Made by a program: the position numbers and the translations under genes
Assembly (NCBI GenBank): GCA_030606485.1
Contig: JAUWGH010000001.1
Location: 240,001-272,000, forward strand
Reading direction: 5' to 3'
DNA length: 32,000 bases
DNA from: Promethearchaeota archaeon
GTDB lineage: Archaea > Asgardarchaeota > Lokiarchaeia > Sigyniarchaeales > SOKP01
Shown: positions 1-8,818 of the stretch, piece after piece
How positions within the stretch are numbered: the first letter of the stretch is position 1
Layout: each line of letters opens with the position of its first letter
The notes under the pieces: generated by a model
The model's database searches: none
The model's input: the letters and a program-made list of their open reading frames with translations, nothing else
Told to the model about the DNA's origin: nothing

Positions 1-2
1 TA

Positions 3-413
3 GATTCTAAGACTGGCTTAACTTTTTTAAGTAAAAAGTTCTCAAAAAACTTAAATAAATTTAATTCAGATAATGAAGATTTAATTTCAGGATTCTTAAA
101 TGCTCTTAATTATTTTGTGAAAGAACTTGATTTTGAAAATGAATCAATAGAAGAAGTGAATTTTAAGAATAATAGAATTTTATATGAACAAAAAGGGCGT
201 TTAATGGCTATAGCTATTTCAAAGAAAACAGATATTGGAATTGAACGGAGATTTCTTTCTATGATTATTAATGATTTTTATCTTTCTTTTAAATTTAATA
301 TTGAAAACTTTTGTGGAGACGTGAGAATTTTTGAAAAATTTAAATCCAAATTAGATTTATATAAGATACCCAGTGTTATTCAACCAACACATTCAAAAAT
401 AATACCTGGGTAA
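3..413 (+). CDS. Longin-like domain protein, 5'-truncated by the window edge
   Basis: The frame of ORF 117..413 is open back to base 3: DSKTGLTFLSKKFSKNLNKFNSDNEDLISGFLNALNYFVKEL...IEEVNF...ILYEQKGRLMAIAIS...FLSMIINDFYLSF...FCGDVRIFEKF. This fits the Asgard longin pattern (D.KSG / LISGFL.AL..F..E / F...F). Confidence 0.7.
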   Translation, partial: DSKTGLTFLSKKFSKNLNKFNSDNEDLISGFLNALNYFVKELDFENESIEEVNFKNNRILYEQKGRLMAIAISKKTDIGIERRFLSMIINDFYLSFKFNIENFCGDVRIFEKFKSKLDLYKIPSVIQPTHSKIIPG

Positions 414-426
414 TTTTTTGATTTAT

Positions 427-1608
427 TTATTCATTATTTTTTTCTGTTTCTTTGGTTTTTATCTCATCAAATTTTTTTTCGACTGTTTTCTCGATTTGTT
501 TGCCCTTTCCTTCTATATCTGCATCAATAGATTTACGTAATTCATCTCTCTCCTTTTGTCTATCCCTATAAAATGCCTTCTCAGCAATGGTTTTTTCAAT
601 TACTCCCTTTTTACTTTCAATATCTGCTTTTATTTCAAATCTTTCCTTATCCTTTTCCTTTAATTTCTCCATTTTATATGCTTTATCGGCTATAGTCTTC
701 TCTAATTCACTTTGTTTTCCTTCTATATCAAGTTTTATATCACTACGTTGTTGGTCTCGCTCCCTTTTTCGTTCAATCATAAACTTCTTTTCATCAACAC
801 TCTTTTCAATTTCTTTCTGCGACCCTTCGATATCTGGACTTATATCTTTACGTTGTTGTTCTTGCTCTCTTTGTCGTTCAATCATAAATGCTTTCTCCGC
901 AATTGATTTTTCAATTTGTTGTCCTGTACCTTCAATTTTAGGCTTCATTGAAGCGATTTGTTTATCTCTTTCCTTTATTTTTACAAATTTGAAAACTTTC
1001 TCTTCCAAACTCTTTTCAATATTTTTTCCTACACCTTCAATATCTGTTTGTATGGCTTTACGTTGGAGATCACTTTCCCGCTTTTTCTCTATCATAAATG
1101 CCTTTTCGGCCACTTTTTCCTCAATTTCTTTTTTTACTCCTTCTATATCAGGACTTATTGATTTTCGTCGTTCTTCTTGTTCCCTTTGTCGTTCAATCAT
1201 AAAGGCCTTTTCGGCCACTTTTTTCTCAATTTCTAATCCTGTTCCAATAATTCTTGGTTTTACTGATTTTCTTATATTATCCTTTTCACGACGTATATCC
1301 ATTCGATATGCCTTATCCGCGATATTACCGGCAATTGCTTTCTCAATTTTATCTAAATCCAGCTTAATACTGGCTCTCATTTTAGCTTCTGATTTCATTC
1401 TCTCAGAAATAAAAATTTTATCAGCAACAGTTTTAGCAATCTCTTTTTTACTCTGCTCAAATGATTCCTTTCGTTTTTCTTCAGTTTTTTCTAAATATTC
1501 CCTAATCTCGTTCTTTTCTTTTTGAATGAGATTTTTAAGCATCTCCTTTTCTTTTTCGATTTCTTCCGGTGTTTTTTTATTAATATTTTCATCTTCCAAA
1601 TTTTTCAC
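427..1608 (-). CDS. Highly charged alpha-helical protein made of 35-aa tandem repeats
   Basis: 393-aa ORF with a GTG start. Residues 57-371 are nine ungapped 35-aa units (consensus IEKxIAEKAFMIERxRExDxxRKxIxPDIEGxxKx), followed by a partial tenth. Confidence 0.85.
   Translation of the reverse strand: MKNLEDENINKKTPEEIEKEKEMLKNLIQKEKNEIREYLEKTEEKRKESFEQSKKEIAKTVADKIFISERMKSEAKMRASIKLDLDKIEKAIAGNIADKAYRMDIRREKDNIRKSVKPRIIGTGLEIEKKVAEKAFMIERQREQEERRKSISPDIEGVKKEIEEKVAEKAFMIEKKRESDLQRKAIQTDIEGVGKNIEKSLEEKVFKFVKIKERDKQIASMKPKIEGTGQQIEKSIAEKAFMIERQREQEQQRKDISPDIEGSQKEIEKSVDEKKFMIERKRERDQQRSDIKLDIEGKQSELEKTIADKAYKMEKLKEKDKERFEIKADIESKKGVIEKTIAEKAFYRDRQKERDELRKSIDADIEGKGKQIEKTVEKKFDEIKTKETEKNNE
430..1440 (-). 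repeat. Intragenic 105-bp tandem repeat array (9 full units + 1 partial)
   Basis: The plus-strand word ATCATAAA(T/G)GC(T/C)TT recurs at 881, 1091 and 1196 (spacings 210 and 105). The protein period is 35 aa. Confidence 0.9.
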
Positions 1609-1707
1609 GTTCCATATTGTCTAATTAATATAAGTGATAATTAGGAATTAAATTATTTCTGTATTTAAAATGAAAATAATTCTTAATAAAATTAGGTAAA
1701 TTTAATA

Positions 1708-2448
1708 TTATTTTATCGGAATCGGTGCAATATCATCAGCTACAGAATCCATCAAACTCAATAATGTAAATTTAAGTATAAGCATTTCATTTACCTCATT
1801 CATTAATCTTATATATTGGTTAGTTTCCTTTTCTATGCTATATTCCATTATTAAATTATCAAATTCTCGAAATAATTGGAATGTTAACTCTTCTTGTTGA
1901 TTTAAATCTAATCTTTGTCTAGAAATCCACTTATCAATTCTACTTTTTATTTCAATCTCTTTATTATCTCCTAAAACATAAGATACTTCTACCTGCTCTA
2001 AATCCTCAATCTTCTTAACATAACTTAAATCAGAATATATGGGTTTTACCATCAATCCCAAATTAATAATTAATGGTTGCAATTGTAAACCTTCAAAACT
2101 CCCGGTTAAATAATCTAAAACAAAATCTTTTCGAGAAAATTGTTGATACTCAATAAATTCCTGAAGGAGCTTAAAAAGTGTTGTCTTTACTAATAGCTCA
2201 TCATATTCATTAATATTTTCTGTAGTGATTTCCAATGTTTGCTGAATACAATTATAAACTGTTTTCATAAAAGGTTTAATGGTTTTAAACATGTTAAAGA
2301 GATTAATGAATTTTAAGATTTTGTCGAGGATTGTAATTTTATACTGAGCTGAAAAAAAATATCGGTTAATAATATCTTCCAGATCAAATGACTCATCTGG
2401 AATCGAAAGAAAACTCTGTATTTCCTCAAATTTTGAATAGATCCTCAA
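1708..2448 (-). CDS. Hypothetical, predicted all-alpha protein
   Basis: 246-aa ORF with a TTG start and a GAGGA SD-like motif upstream. No recognisable motif. Confidence 0.7.
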   Translation of the reverse strand: MRIYSKFEEIQSFLSIPDESFDLEDIINRYFFSAQYKITILDKILKFINLFNMFKTIKPFMKTVYNCIQQTLEITTENINEYDELLVKTTLFKLLQEFIEYQQFSRKDFVLDYLTGSFEGLQLQPLIINLGLMVKPIYSDLSYVKKIEDLEQVEVSYVLGDNKEIEIKSRIDKWISRQRLDLNQQEELTFQLFREFDNLIMEYSIEKETNQYIRLMNEVNEMLILKFTLLSLMDSVADDIAPIPIK

Positions 2449-2551
2449 AAAATAATATCCTCAAACTTGAATATAATAATATCCGATCTTACTATATTTA
2501 ATACTTTTCATATCTCAAAAAAAAAAGAAGAGAGAAAAAATTTACTTAAAA

Positions 2552-3877
2552 TTAAAATATACTTGGAATCAGAGCCTTTGAACCATGTAATATCCCAGCT
2601 ATTGCATAATATAATAATTTCCATATTGAAAAGCCGGGGGGAAATACATCGAGAGCCTTTACATCCATCAATTTAAATAAAGCGTTAATGGTTTCAGCTA
2701 AATTATTGCAATTATGCGAGAAAAACACATTTTTCTTACCGAATTCTTCCCTCAATTTTTCTCCAACCTCATCTATTGCACAAAATCCAGCTACGAGGCC
2801 TTTGGCATATCCCTCGCTTTTTAATTGTTCTATCAAATCATCATCAAAACCTTTTCCCATTACTATGAAAAATCCCCCTTTTCCTTGAAAATCCAAACTA
2901 AAAACCTGCATGGTAGTTAAAGGGTTATTTTGACAACCTTCTTTACAGCATAATTTATTTCCTTTTATAATTTTTATATCGTCTGGAAACTCTTGAAGTA
3001 AATCAGTAGGATATTTTTCTTTGTATTCATCCAAGGATTTTCCAATCACATTAATTTTACTTAAATCACCCTCTCCAAGCCCACGTTCATTTGCTATTTT
3101 CAAATGTGGAACATCATCTAGAGTTAAACCAAAAACCCTTGCACCAACCACATCAACTGAAACTGTATCTCTCCCACCAATTAAAATATTAAATTCCTTA
3201 ACGAGTTTATCCTCTAAAGCTGTTGGGGGATAATGTCCGTGAATAGTGCCCTCAATTCCATCTATAATTGTTATATCCGGCTGAATGTATTCATAAACGT
3301 CCACAATTTTTGAGTGGAGATTGTAATTATGGTCAATTCCTCGATCTGCGTGCTGTGGAAAACCCCATTGGTTTTTGATTCCTAAAGTAACACCTGCCAT
3401 GCTATGAGTTTTTAATTTAGGTATATTGATGTAGGTAAATGCATCTCTGTTTTTCATTATTTTAACAATTGTTTTAGGTAATCTGAAAGTTTTTAAAATA
3501 TATTCATTCTTTGGTTTTCCTTTAAAAGTGAAAGTTTCTGTTTTTTCCTCATCTAAATAAATTGCCTTCGCTCCCGTTTTTTTACATACTTTTCTATAAC
3601 CAGTTATGGCAAAAACTATTCTACTCATATTTCCCTGCGTTGAATTCTCCATAACATAAATTTCTTTTGCCCCAAACTCTTTAAGATATTTAATTACAAT
3701 CTCTAACACTTCGGGAGAAGTATATGCGTGCTTTTTAAAATCAATGCCATTAATTTTAATATAAACTTCTTTTGAACTTTTTAAAATGGGTTTCCCACCC
3801 TTTTCAAGATGAGAAAACATTTCTTTAACTGCGGATTCAATCCCTTGAGTCGTCTCAACAATAAAAACTTCTGGCAT
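2552..3877 (-). CDS. DUF362 family Fe-S protein
   Basis: Motifs VYIKING, IPKLKTH, TLGIKNQWG, DGIEG and DTVSVD, plus a Cys-rich C-terminal part (CCKEGC, GFC, NCN). Confidence 0.85.
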   Translation of the reverse strand: MPEVFIVETTQGIESAVKEMFSHLEKGGKPILKSSKEVYIKINGIDFKKHAYTSPEVLEIVIKYLKEFGAKEIYVMENSTQGNMSRIVFAITGYRKVCKKTGAKAIYLDEEKTETFTFKGKPKNEYILKTFRLPKTIVKIMKNRDAFTYINIPKLKTHSMAGVTLGIKNQWGFPQHADRGIDHNYNLHSKIVDVYEYIQPDITIIDGIEGTIHGHYPPTALEDKLVKEFNILIGGRDTVSVDVVGARVFGLTLDDVPHLKIANERGLGEGDLSKINVIGKSLDEYKEKYPTDLLQEFPDDIKIIKGNKLCCKEGCQNNPLTTMQVFSLDFQGKGGFFIVMGKGFDDDLIEQLKSEGYAKGLVAGFCAIDEVGEKLREEFGKKNVFFSHNCNNLAETINALFKLMDVKALDVFPPGFSIWKLLYYAIAGILHGSKALIPSIF

Positions 3878-4049
3878 AGAAATCAGTTTTATTTTTTAAA
3901 AATTTAGTTGAAATTAATCTTTTTAAATATAAGAATTAAACTAATTATATATTGGAATTTAATGTTTATTTTTATCAGTTTTTTATAAAAGTAATTGCTT
4001 TTAAGAAATAGAAAAATAAAAAATTGTTATTTTAAATTTAGATTTAAAT

Positions 4050-4682
4050 TTATATCCAGCCTAATATTCCTATAAAGATTACGAGTAATGCAATGTTTAT
4101 TGCTGCCATTGTTCCGATCACGATACGTTGTTGCTTAGGTTCCCAGTAATAGCAATAGCAGGAAACCACAAAAAATGGAATATACACGAAAATAAATACT
4201 GTTAAAGCGTTCCACCATTCCCATACCCATACAAACGTAGGAGTCATTATGAGAATTATTTCCAAGATTGATACTATACCTGCATTGAGAATGGCAACAA
4301 AAAGACGGCTTGGTATACCCAAAATCTTCTCCCTCGGGTCTTCTGGAAGAATTTTACTAACCGCAAGTCCCATGATAGAGAACATCAAACTAATCTCAAT
4401 TCCAACACCTATAAGAATTAAGAATGCTGTTCCTGTGGGAATGGTCCAGAGGGCATGACCAGTAAAAACTTGGAATAGAGAATTAATGATTTCGACAAAC
4501 CAATGCACCATATATAAAGACATTCCTGCAGCAATACCTCTCCAATTTTTTTTTTGGATCTCACTGAAGTATATGAACATAACAACTACAATCATAAAAA
4601 CTACATACCACTGGAAGTTTTCCCAACTACGTAAAATTGCTAAAGCCTCTCCAGTTGCTTCCGGATTATTCATAATTTTCAC
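4050..4682 (-). CDS. Hypothetical integral membrane protein (~6 TM)
   Basis: 210-aa ORF with several hydrophobic segments. The ATG at 4673 is an alternative start. Confidence 0.75.
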   Translation of the reverse strand: MKIMNNPEATGEALAILRSWENFQWYVVFMIVVVMFIYFSEIQKKNWRGIAAGMSLYMVHWFVEIINSLFQVFTGHALWTIPTGTAFLILIGVGIEISLMFSIMGLAVSKILPEDPREKILGIPSRLFVAILNAGIVSILEIILIMTPTFVWVWEWWNALTVFIFVYIPFFVVSCYCYYWEPKQQRIVIGTMAAINIALLVIFIGILGWI

Positions 4683-4761
4683 ATCTAAAAAGAATTTAAT
4701 TTTTAATTTTTTTTTAATACTTATTAAATTTTTATATTTTTAATTATTTTGCTTTGAGAGG

Positions 4762-5736
4762 TTAGATGTTGAATATATTGCCTGTATTATATAAAGTTTC
4801 ATCTAAACTAATTTTTACCGACCCATTAGAAGCGATTTCCAATGCATTGTTTATACCGACTAATACTTTTTTTATTAAAAATTCGAATGCATTAAAACAT
4901 TCATTAAGTTGAGTTAAATTATTATCCGAGAAACATTTCGACATTGCTGGAATTAATTCAGGAATAAAATCATTATCAATCATGATTTCCTCCGCATTAA
5001 TCATTGTATCTTTTGCACACGTAAATGGATTTTTAACATCCATTTTTGCAAAAATTAATTTACAAACAAATATTGATGCCTTTATTTCTCTCATTATAAA
5101 TTTAATTTTATTATTTTCTTCAGAATAAAATTCAGAAGCTGTCATTTTCATTATTTTATCAGTAGTAATCGAATCTTCATTATTTAATAATTTTCTTACT
5201 CTTTCTGAAATCCTCTTTTTTGGAAGCATTAATTTTAGATTCATTTTATTTTTTTCATAATAATCTTTATATTGAGCAGATAGCAAGGTCGTATTTTCTC
5301 CAAATTCATTATCATCAAAACCTTCTAATTGAAATAAATTATCTTTAAATTTATCAAAAAAATTCTTAATAATTAAAAATTTTAACTTTAATCTATGTAA
5401 TGCAAGGAATATACAAACCCGTGTTCTCGTGTAAGGCGTAACATTACCCATCCTATATCTACCATGATGTTCCCTTGCGTACATAACAACTGGTTTTACC
5501 TTAGGAACAGCACAATTTATAAAATAATCTATTATGCTTGCATAAGGGGCATTATCTTCTACTCTAAAAATTTCTATTAATTTCTGACTTGAAGGCTGAC
5601 TTTCGGGTATTTCTTTAATCAGATCGTAATTGTAGGTATCTAAATATAAAGAGGTTAATGCCTCCATTTCTAAAACTGTTCTACATGGGATAAAAACTTT
5701 ATTCATATCATTTAATATACTACTACTCTCTGGCAT
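4762..5736 (-). CDS. Hypothetical protein, possibly a degenerate HD (MESH1/SpoT-like) fold
   Basis: 324-aa ORF with an ATG start. Partial motif resemblance is described under findings. The confidence refers to the CDS, not the fold. Confidence 0.7.
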   Translation of the reverse strand: MPESSSILNDMNKVFIPCRTVLEMEALTSLYLDTYNYDLIKEIPESQPSSQKLIEIFRVEDNAPYASIIDYFINCAVPKVKPVVMYAREHHGRYRMGNVTPYTRTRVCIFLALHRLKLKFLIIKNFFDKFKDNLFQLEGFDDNEFGENTTLLSAQYKDYYEKNKMNLKLMLPKKRISERVRKLLNNEDSITTDKIMKMTASEFYSEENNKIKFIMREIKASIFVCKLIFAKMDVKNPFTCAKDTMINAEEIMIDNDFIPELIPAMSKCFSDNNLTQLNECFNAFEFLIKKVLVGINNALEIASNGSVKISLDETLYNTGNIFNI

Positions 5737-5928
5737 TATAAAAACAATTTCTCATTGCAAATATTAAGGGAATTAAATATTATCTCTTCTTTTTAATAAA
5801 AAATCCTAGTATGGGGGTAAATCGACTACAAAATATTATCAAATTATTAATATTAAAGTTTTTCATTTATGTTAGAATACTAAGTTTTTTTAAATAGAAA
5901 ATTAATGATTATAAATTATTTTAACTCA

Positions 5929-6654
5929 CTATTTTTTATTTATTCTATAACTTAAATAGGTTTTAACGCAAATAATTATAATTTTGAATAAATAAATACA
6001 TGGATTTTTAATTAGTCTTGATTCACCATACCTTCTTTGATAAAAGTGAATTGGTAATTCAATTATTTTAAAATTATTTAATTTTGCATGAATTATCATT
6101 TCTTGGGTGTAAGTATATTTTCCTTTTAATTTTTTAACTAATACTTTTACTAAATCTTTTGATATCGCCCTAAAACCAGTTTGTGTATCAGAAATAATAG
6201 ATCTCTTAGAAATGAATAATGAGACTAAAAAGGAGATTATTTTATTTCCAATAGATTTTAAGAATCCAAACTTAAATTCAATATTTTGAAGTCTTGCTCC
6301 CAAAACTAAATCAATTTTTTCTCTTTCAAGTCTTTCAAAAGGTTTTATCAATTTTTTGATCTCTTCTGGGTCATATTGCCCATCTGCGTCCATACTAACA
6401 ATAATTTCGGCGTCTCTTTTCAGCGCCTTAACTAATCCTTTTCTGATTGTCTGTCCTAATCCAATGTTTTTGTTGTTATTGATTACTATTGCTCCATGTT
6501 TCTCCGCTAAGAAAGCAGTATTGTCTTCACTTCCATCGTTTATTACAAGCGTTTCAACGATAAAATTAGGTAATTTTGGTATTTTCTTTAAGACCCAAGA
6601 AATATTTCTCTCTTCGTTGTATGCGGGAATAATAATAATTACTTTTTTCGGCAT
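5929..6654 (-). CDS. Glycosyltransferase family 2 (DPM1-like polyprenol-phosphate glycosyltransferase)
   Basis: Motifs IIPAYNEE, VINDGSEDNT, MDADGQYDP, DLVLGAR, DTQTGFRA and RRYGESR. Confidence 0.92.
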   Translation of the reverse strand: MPKKVIIIIPAYNEERNISWVLKKIPKLPNFIVETLVINDGSEDNTAFLAEKHGAIVINNNKNIGLGQTIRKGLVKALKRDAEIIVSMDADGQYDPEEIKKLIKPFERLEREKIDLVLGARLQNIEFKFGFLKSIGNKIISFLVSLFISKRSIISDTQTGFRAISKDLVKVLVKKLKGKYTYTQEMIIHAKLNNFKIIELPIHFYQRRYGESRLIKNPCIYLFKIIIICVKTYLSYRINKK

Positions 6655-6928
6655 AAAGGAATTGGTATTTTAATTTAAAACATAAATATTATCTAAACAA
6701 TGATCTGTTCTTAAAAAAATTCATTGAATTAAATGTAATTATTTTGATGAGAAATCAAATTATATTTTCTGATTTGAAAAGATTTTTTTGAAACTTTTTG
6801 AAAAAATAAAATAAAAATGAAGCTTATCTAAGCAAAACCTGCCGATCCCCAACCCAAGAACCAAATAGGGGGAGAAAATGAATTAAAAGTGCTTAAAATT
6901 TTATTAAAAAATAATTAATTTAAATTTT

Positions 6929-7258
6929 TCAGTTTCCTGAAATTTTAATATTAATAATAAAATTCTTGGCAGTGGCTCGATAATATTTCATTCTAATATT
7001 ATAATCACTATACTTAACTTGTGCCACAAAAACTAATTTATTTTTAACCAAATCATCGAGATGGCGTTTTATTGTGCCAGGATTAAGATTGGTTGCCTTT
7101 TTAAGGTCTTGGATGGTCATTGCTTTCTCGAGTAACATTTTCAAAATCATCTTCTTTTTCTCATGAAATACTATGAGAGCGAGTGAAGGGTCGGTGATTT
7201 TAATCTCTTCTTTTATTTTTAAAGATTTACTATTGGAAGAATTAAAATTTCTTGCCAT
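6929..7258 (-). CDS. ArsR-like winged-helix transcriptional regulator
   Basis: HEKKKMILKMLL...MTIQDL...LNPGTIKRHLDDLVKNKLV...KYYRA (HTH plus wing). Contains no cysteines. Confidence 0.85.
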   Translation of the reverse strand: MARNFNSSNSKSLKIKEEIKITDPSLALIVFHEKKKMILKMLLEKAMTIQDLKKATNLNPGTIKRHLDDLVKNKLVFVAQVKYSDYNIRMKYYRATAKNFIINIKISGN

Positions 7259-7313
7259 ATGTCATTATTCACAATTTTTCTTTGATATTCGAAATTTTAT
7301 AATATTATTTAAA

Positions 7314-8201
7314 TTATTCAGATGGTGAAAAGGGTTTGAATCGTTCGAATTCGGCATTGTTATAAATTCCTGTTGCAATCAATGACAACATCGGAAAACC
7401 GATTATTGCTAGAAATGATACAAATAAACCAAGTAAAAATAGAATCAAAAAAGGACTTATTAATGAGGGTAGAAATATTATTGTGATAAAGCTAACCATA
7501 AATGGCGGGACAATAAAAATCAAAAAAAAAATTCCCCATGTGGTAAACAATCGCTTTGCATTCTTACGTAAAATCCGAAAATTTTCGATAAAACTCTGCT
7601 TTAACCTCCCTTGTGCGGTGATGCTGGGAAGGGTATTGATAAAAGTTACAAACCAAATGAAAAAGAGAAGGAAACTGATTATCAGCCTCCCAATTTGAAA
7701 AGCATCCAAAGAAATTGTTTGCGAGGAGCCCATATTGTTATGGTCAAAATCAAAAATTATCATTCCCCAAAACCATCCCATAAGAATTAGAATCGTTAAT
7801 ACAAAATATTGCCACCAATAACGTCGGAAATATGTGAATGAACTTTTAAATTCAGCAAACATTTCTCCCGAAGACATAATATCATAAGCCAGACCATTTT
7901 GACAGTTTAGAAAAGCAAATAAGATAATTAGGGCAACAAAAATGGTGATAAATCGAAAGATGAGTGAAATACTAAAATTTTGCGGGAAATTAAACCAAAA
8001 ATCTTCAAGTGATAACGATGGAACTAGATAATAAATTAAACTTATCAGTGAAAACATGATTATTCCAATTGATATGAAGGACAAAAAAGCGAAAAATTCA
8101 GTACTAAGAAACGCTTTGTAATTTTCTTTAAATAGATGCCAACTATTCTTAAAATCCTTTTTTGTTTCCGTGAATAATTTAGATGAGTTTCTGGATCTCA
8201 T
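7314..8201 (-). CDS. Hypothetical multi-pass membrane protein, probably co-transcribed with the ArsR-like gene
   Basis: 295 aa with 6-7 hydrophobic segments. The gap to the regulator is 55 bp. Confidence 0.75.
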   Translation of the reverse strand: MRSRNSSKLFTETKKDFKNSWHLFKENYKAFLSTEFFAFLSFISIGIIMFSLISLIYYLVPSLSLEDFWFNFPQNFSISLIFRFITIFVALIILFAFLNCQNGLAYDIMSSGEMFAEFKSSFTYFRRYWWQYFVLTILILMGWFWGMIIFDFDHNNMGSSQTISLDAFQIGRLIISFLLFFIWFVTFINTLPSITAQGRLKQSFIENFRILRKNAKRLFTTWGIFFLIFIVPPFMVSFITIIFLPSLISPFLILFLLGLFVSFLAIIGFPMLSLIATGIYNNAEFERFKPFSPSE

Positions 8202-8280
8202 GTTAATATCAAATATTGAATTAATCTATTTATTTCTTTGGTGATATTTTGATTTACTTACTGTGTTAAGTAAAAAAACT

Positions 8281-8380
8281 TCAAAGATATAGATGCGAAA
8301 AATTCAAACTATTTTAATATGAAAAATTACTTATTTATAAATGTTTGCAAAAATGCAAAATATTTAAATATGTAAAATTT
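8281..8380. promoter_or_regulatory. Tandem ~50-bp palindromic promoter/operator cassette, locus 1
   Basis: TTTGCA-AAAA-TGCAAA at 8344-8359 lies between ATTTATAAAT and TATTTAAATA. A degenerate copy precedes it at about 8281-8330. Confidence 0.7.
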
Positions 8381-8407
8381 ACTTTAATAAATTGAAAAAA
8401 TTACAAA

Positions 8408-8589
8408 ATTGGACATGATATCGAGTTTTCCGAATTTTTCAACCGCGAGTTCAATTAATGTTTTAATATGGTCTTCACTTCGAACATTCGCATGTGATAT
8501 ATCGCATTAGGTCCTAACTCATCGGCTAGAGCTTTTCCTAAGTCATCTTGTATATCTCCAAGAACCACACGAGCACCTTCTTTTATATA
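8408..8589 (-). pseudogene. Short-chain dehydrogenase/reductase (SDR) remnant
   Basis: Manual translation gives YIKEGARVVLGDIQDDLGKALADELGPNAIY, then a frameshift at about 8495, then HANVRSEDHIKTLIELAVEKFGKLDIMSN. There is no start, no TGxxxGxG and no NNAG/YxxxK. Confidence 0.85.
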
Positions 8590-8818
8590 AAAAATTACGA
8601 GAAAACGATTTATAAAATCATAGAGGGAAACAATTTTCTAACTATCAATAATAACTTCCGTTTCCAAGCTATATCTCGTAAAAGAAAAGAGGTGACATCG
8701 TTTACATTTTCTTTTCCCTGTGATTCATCCTCTATCTAAAGAAGGGGGACATCTCACGGTTTTAGATATTATAAAAAAAAATAAAAAAAGTTAATTATAA
8801 ATTTAACGATTAAGTTAA

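Noticed and set aside
587-1525. 312-aa plus-strand ORF (and nested 712..906 and 958..1161)
   Set aside because: Antisense shadow of the K/E-rich repeat gene. The S/F/L-rich composition is what reverse-complemented Lys/Glu codons produce.
6836-6875. Locally GC-rich patch with CCCC...GGGG
   Set aside because: Too short for a tRNA, with only a 4-5-bp stem and no recognisable RNA motif.
8548-8739. 63-aa plus-strand ORF
   Set aside because: No motif, and it partly overlaps the antisense of the SDR remnant. The rest (8590-8760) gave no convincing translation in any frame.
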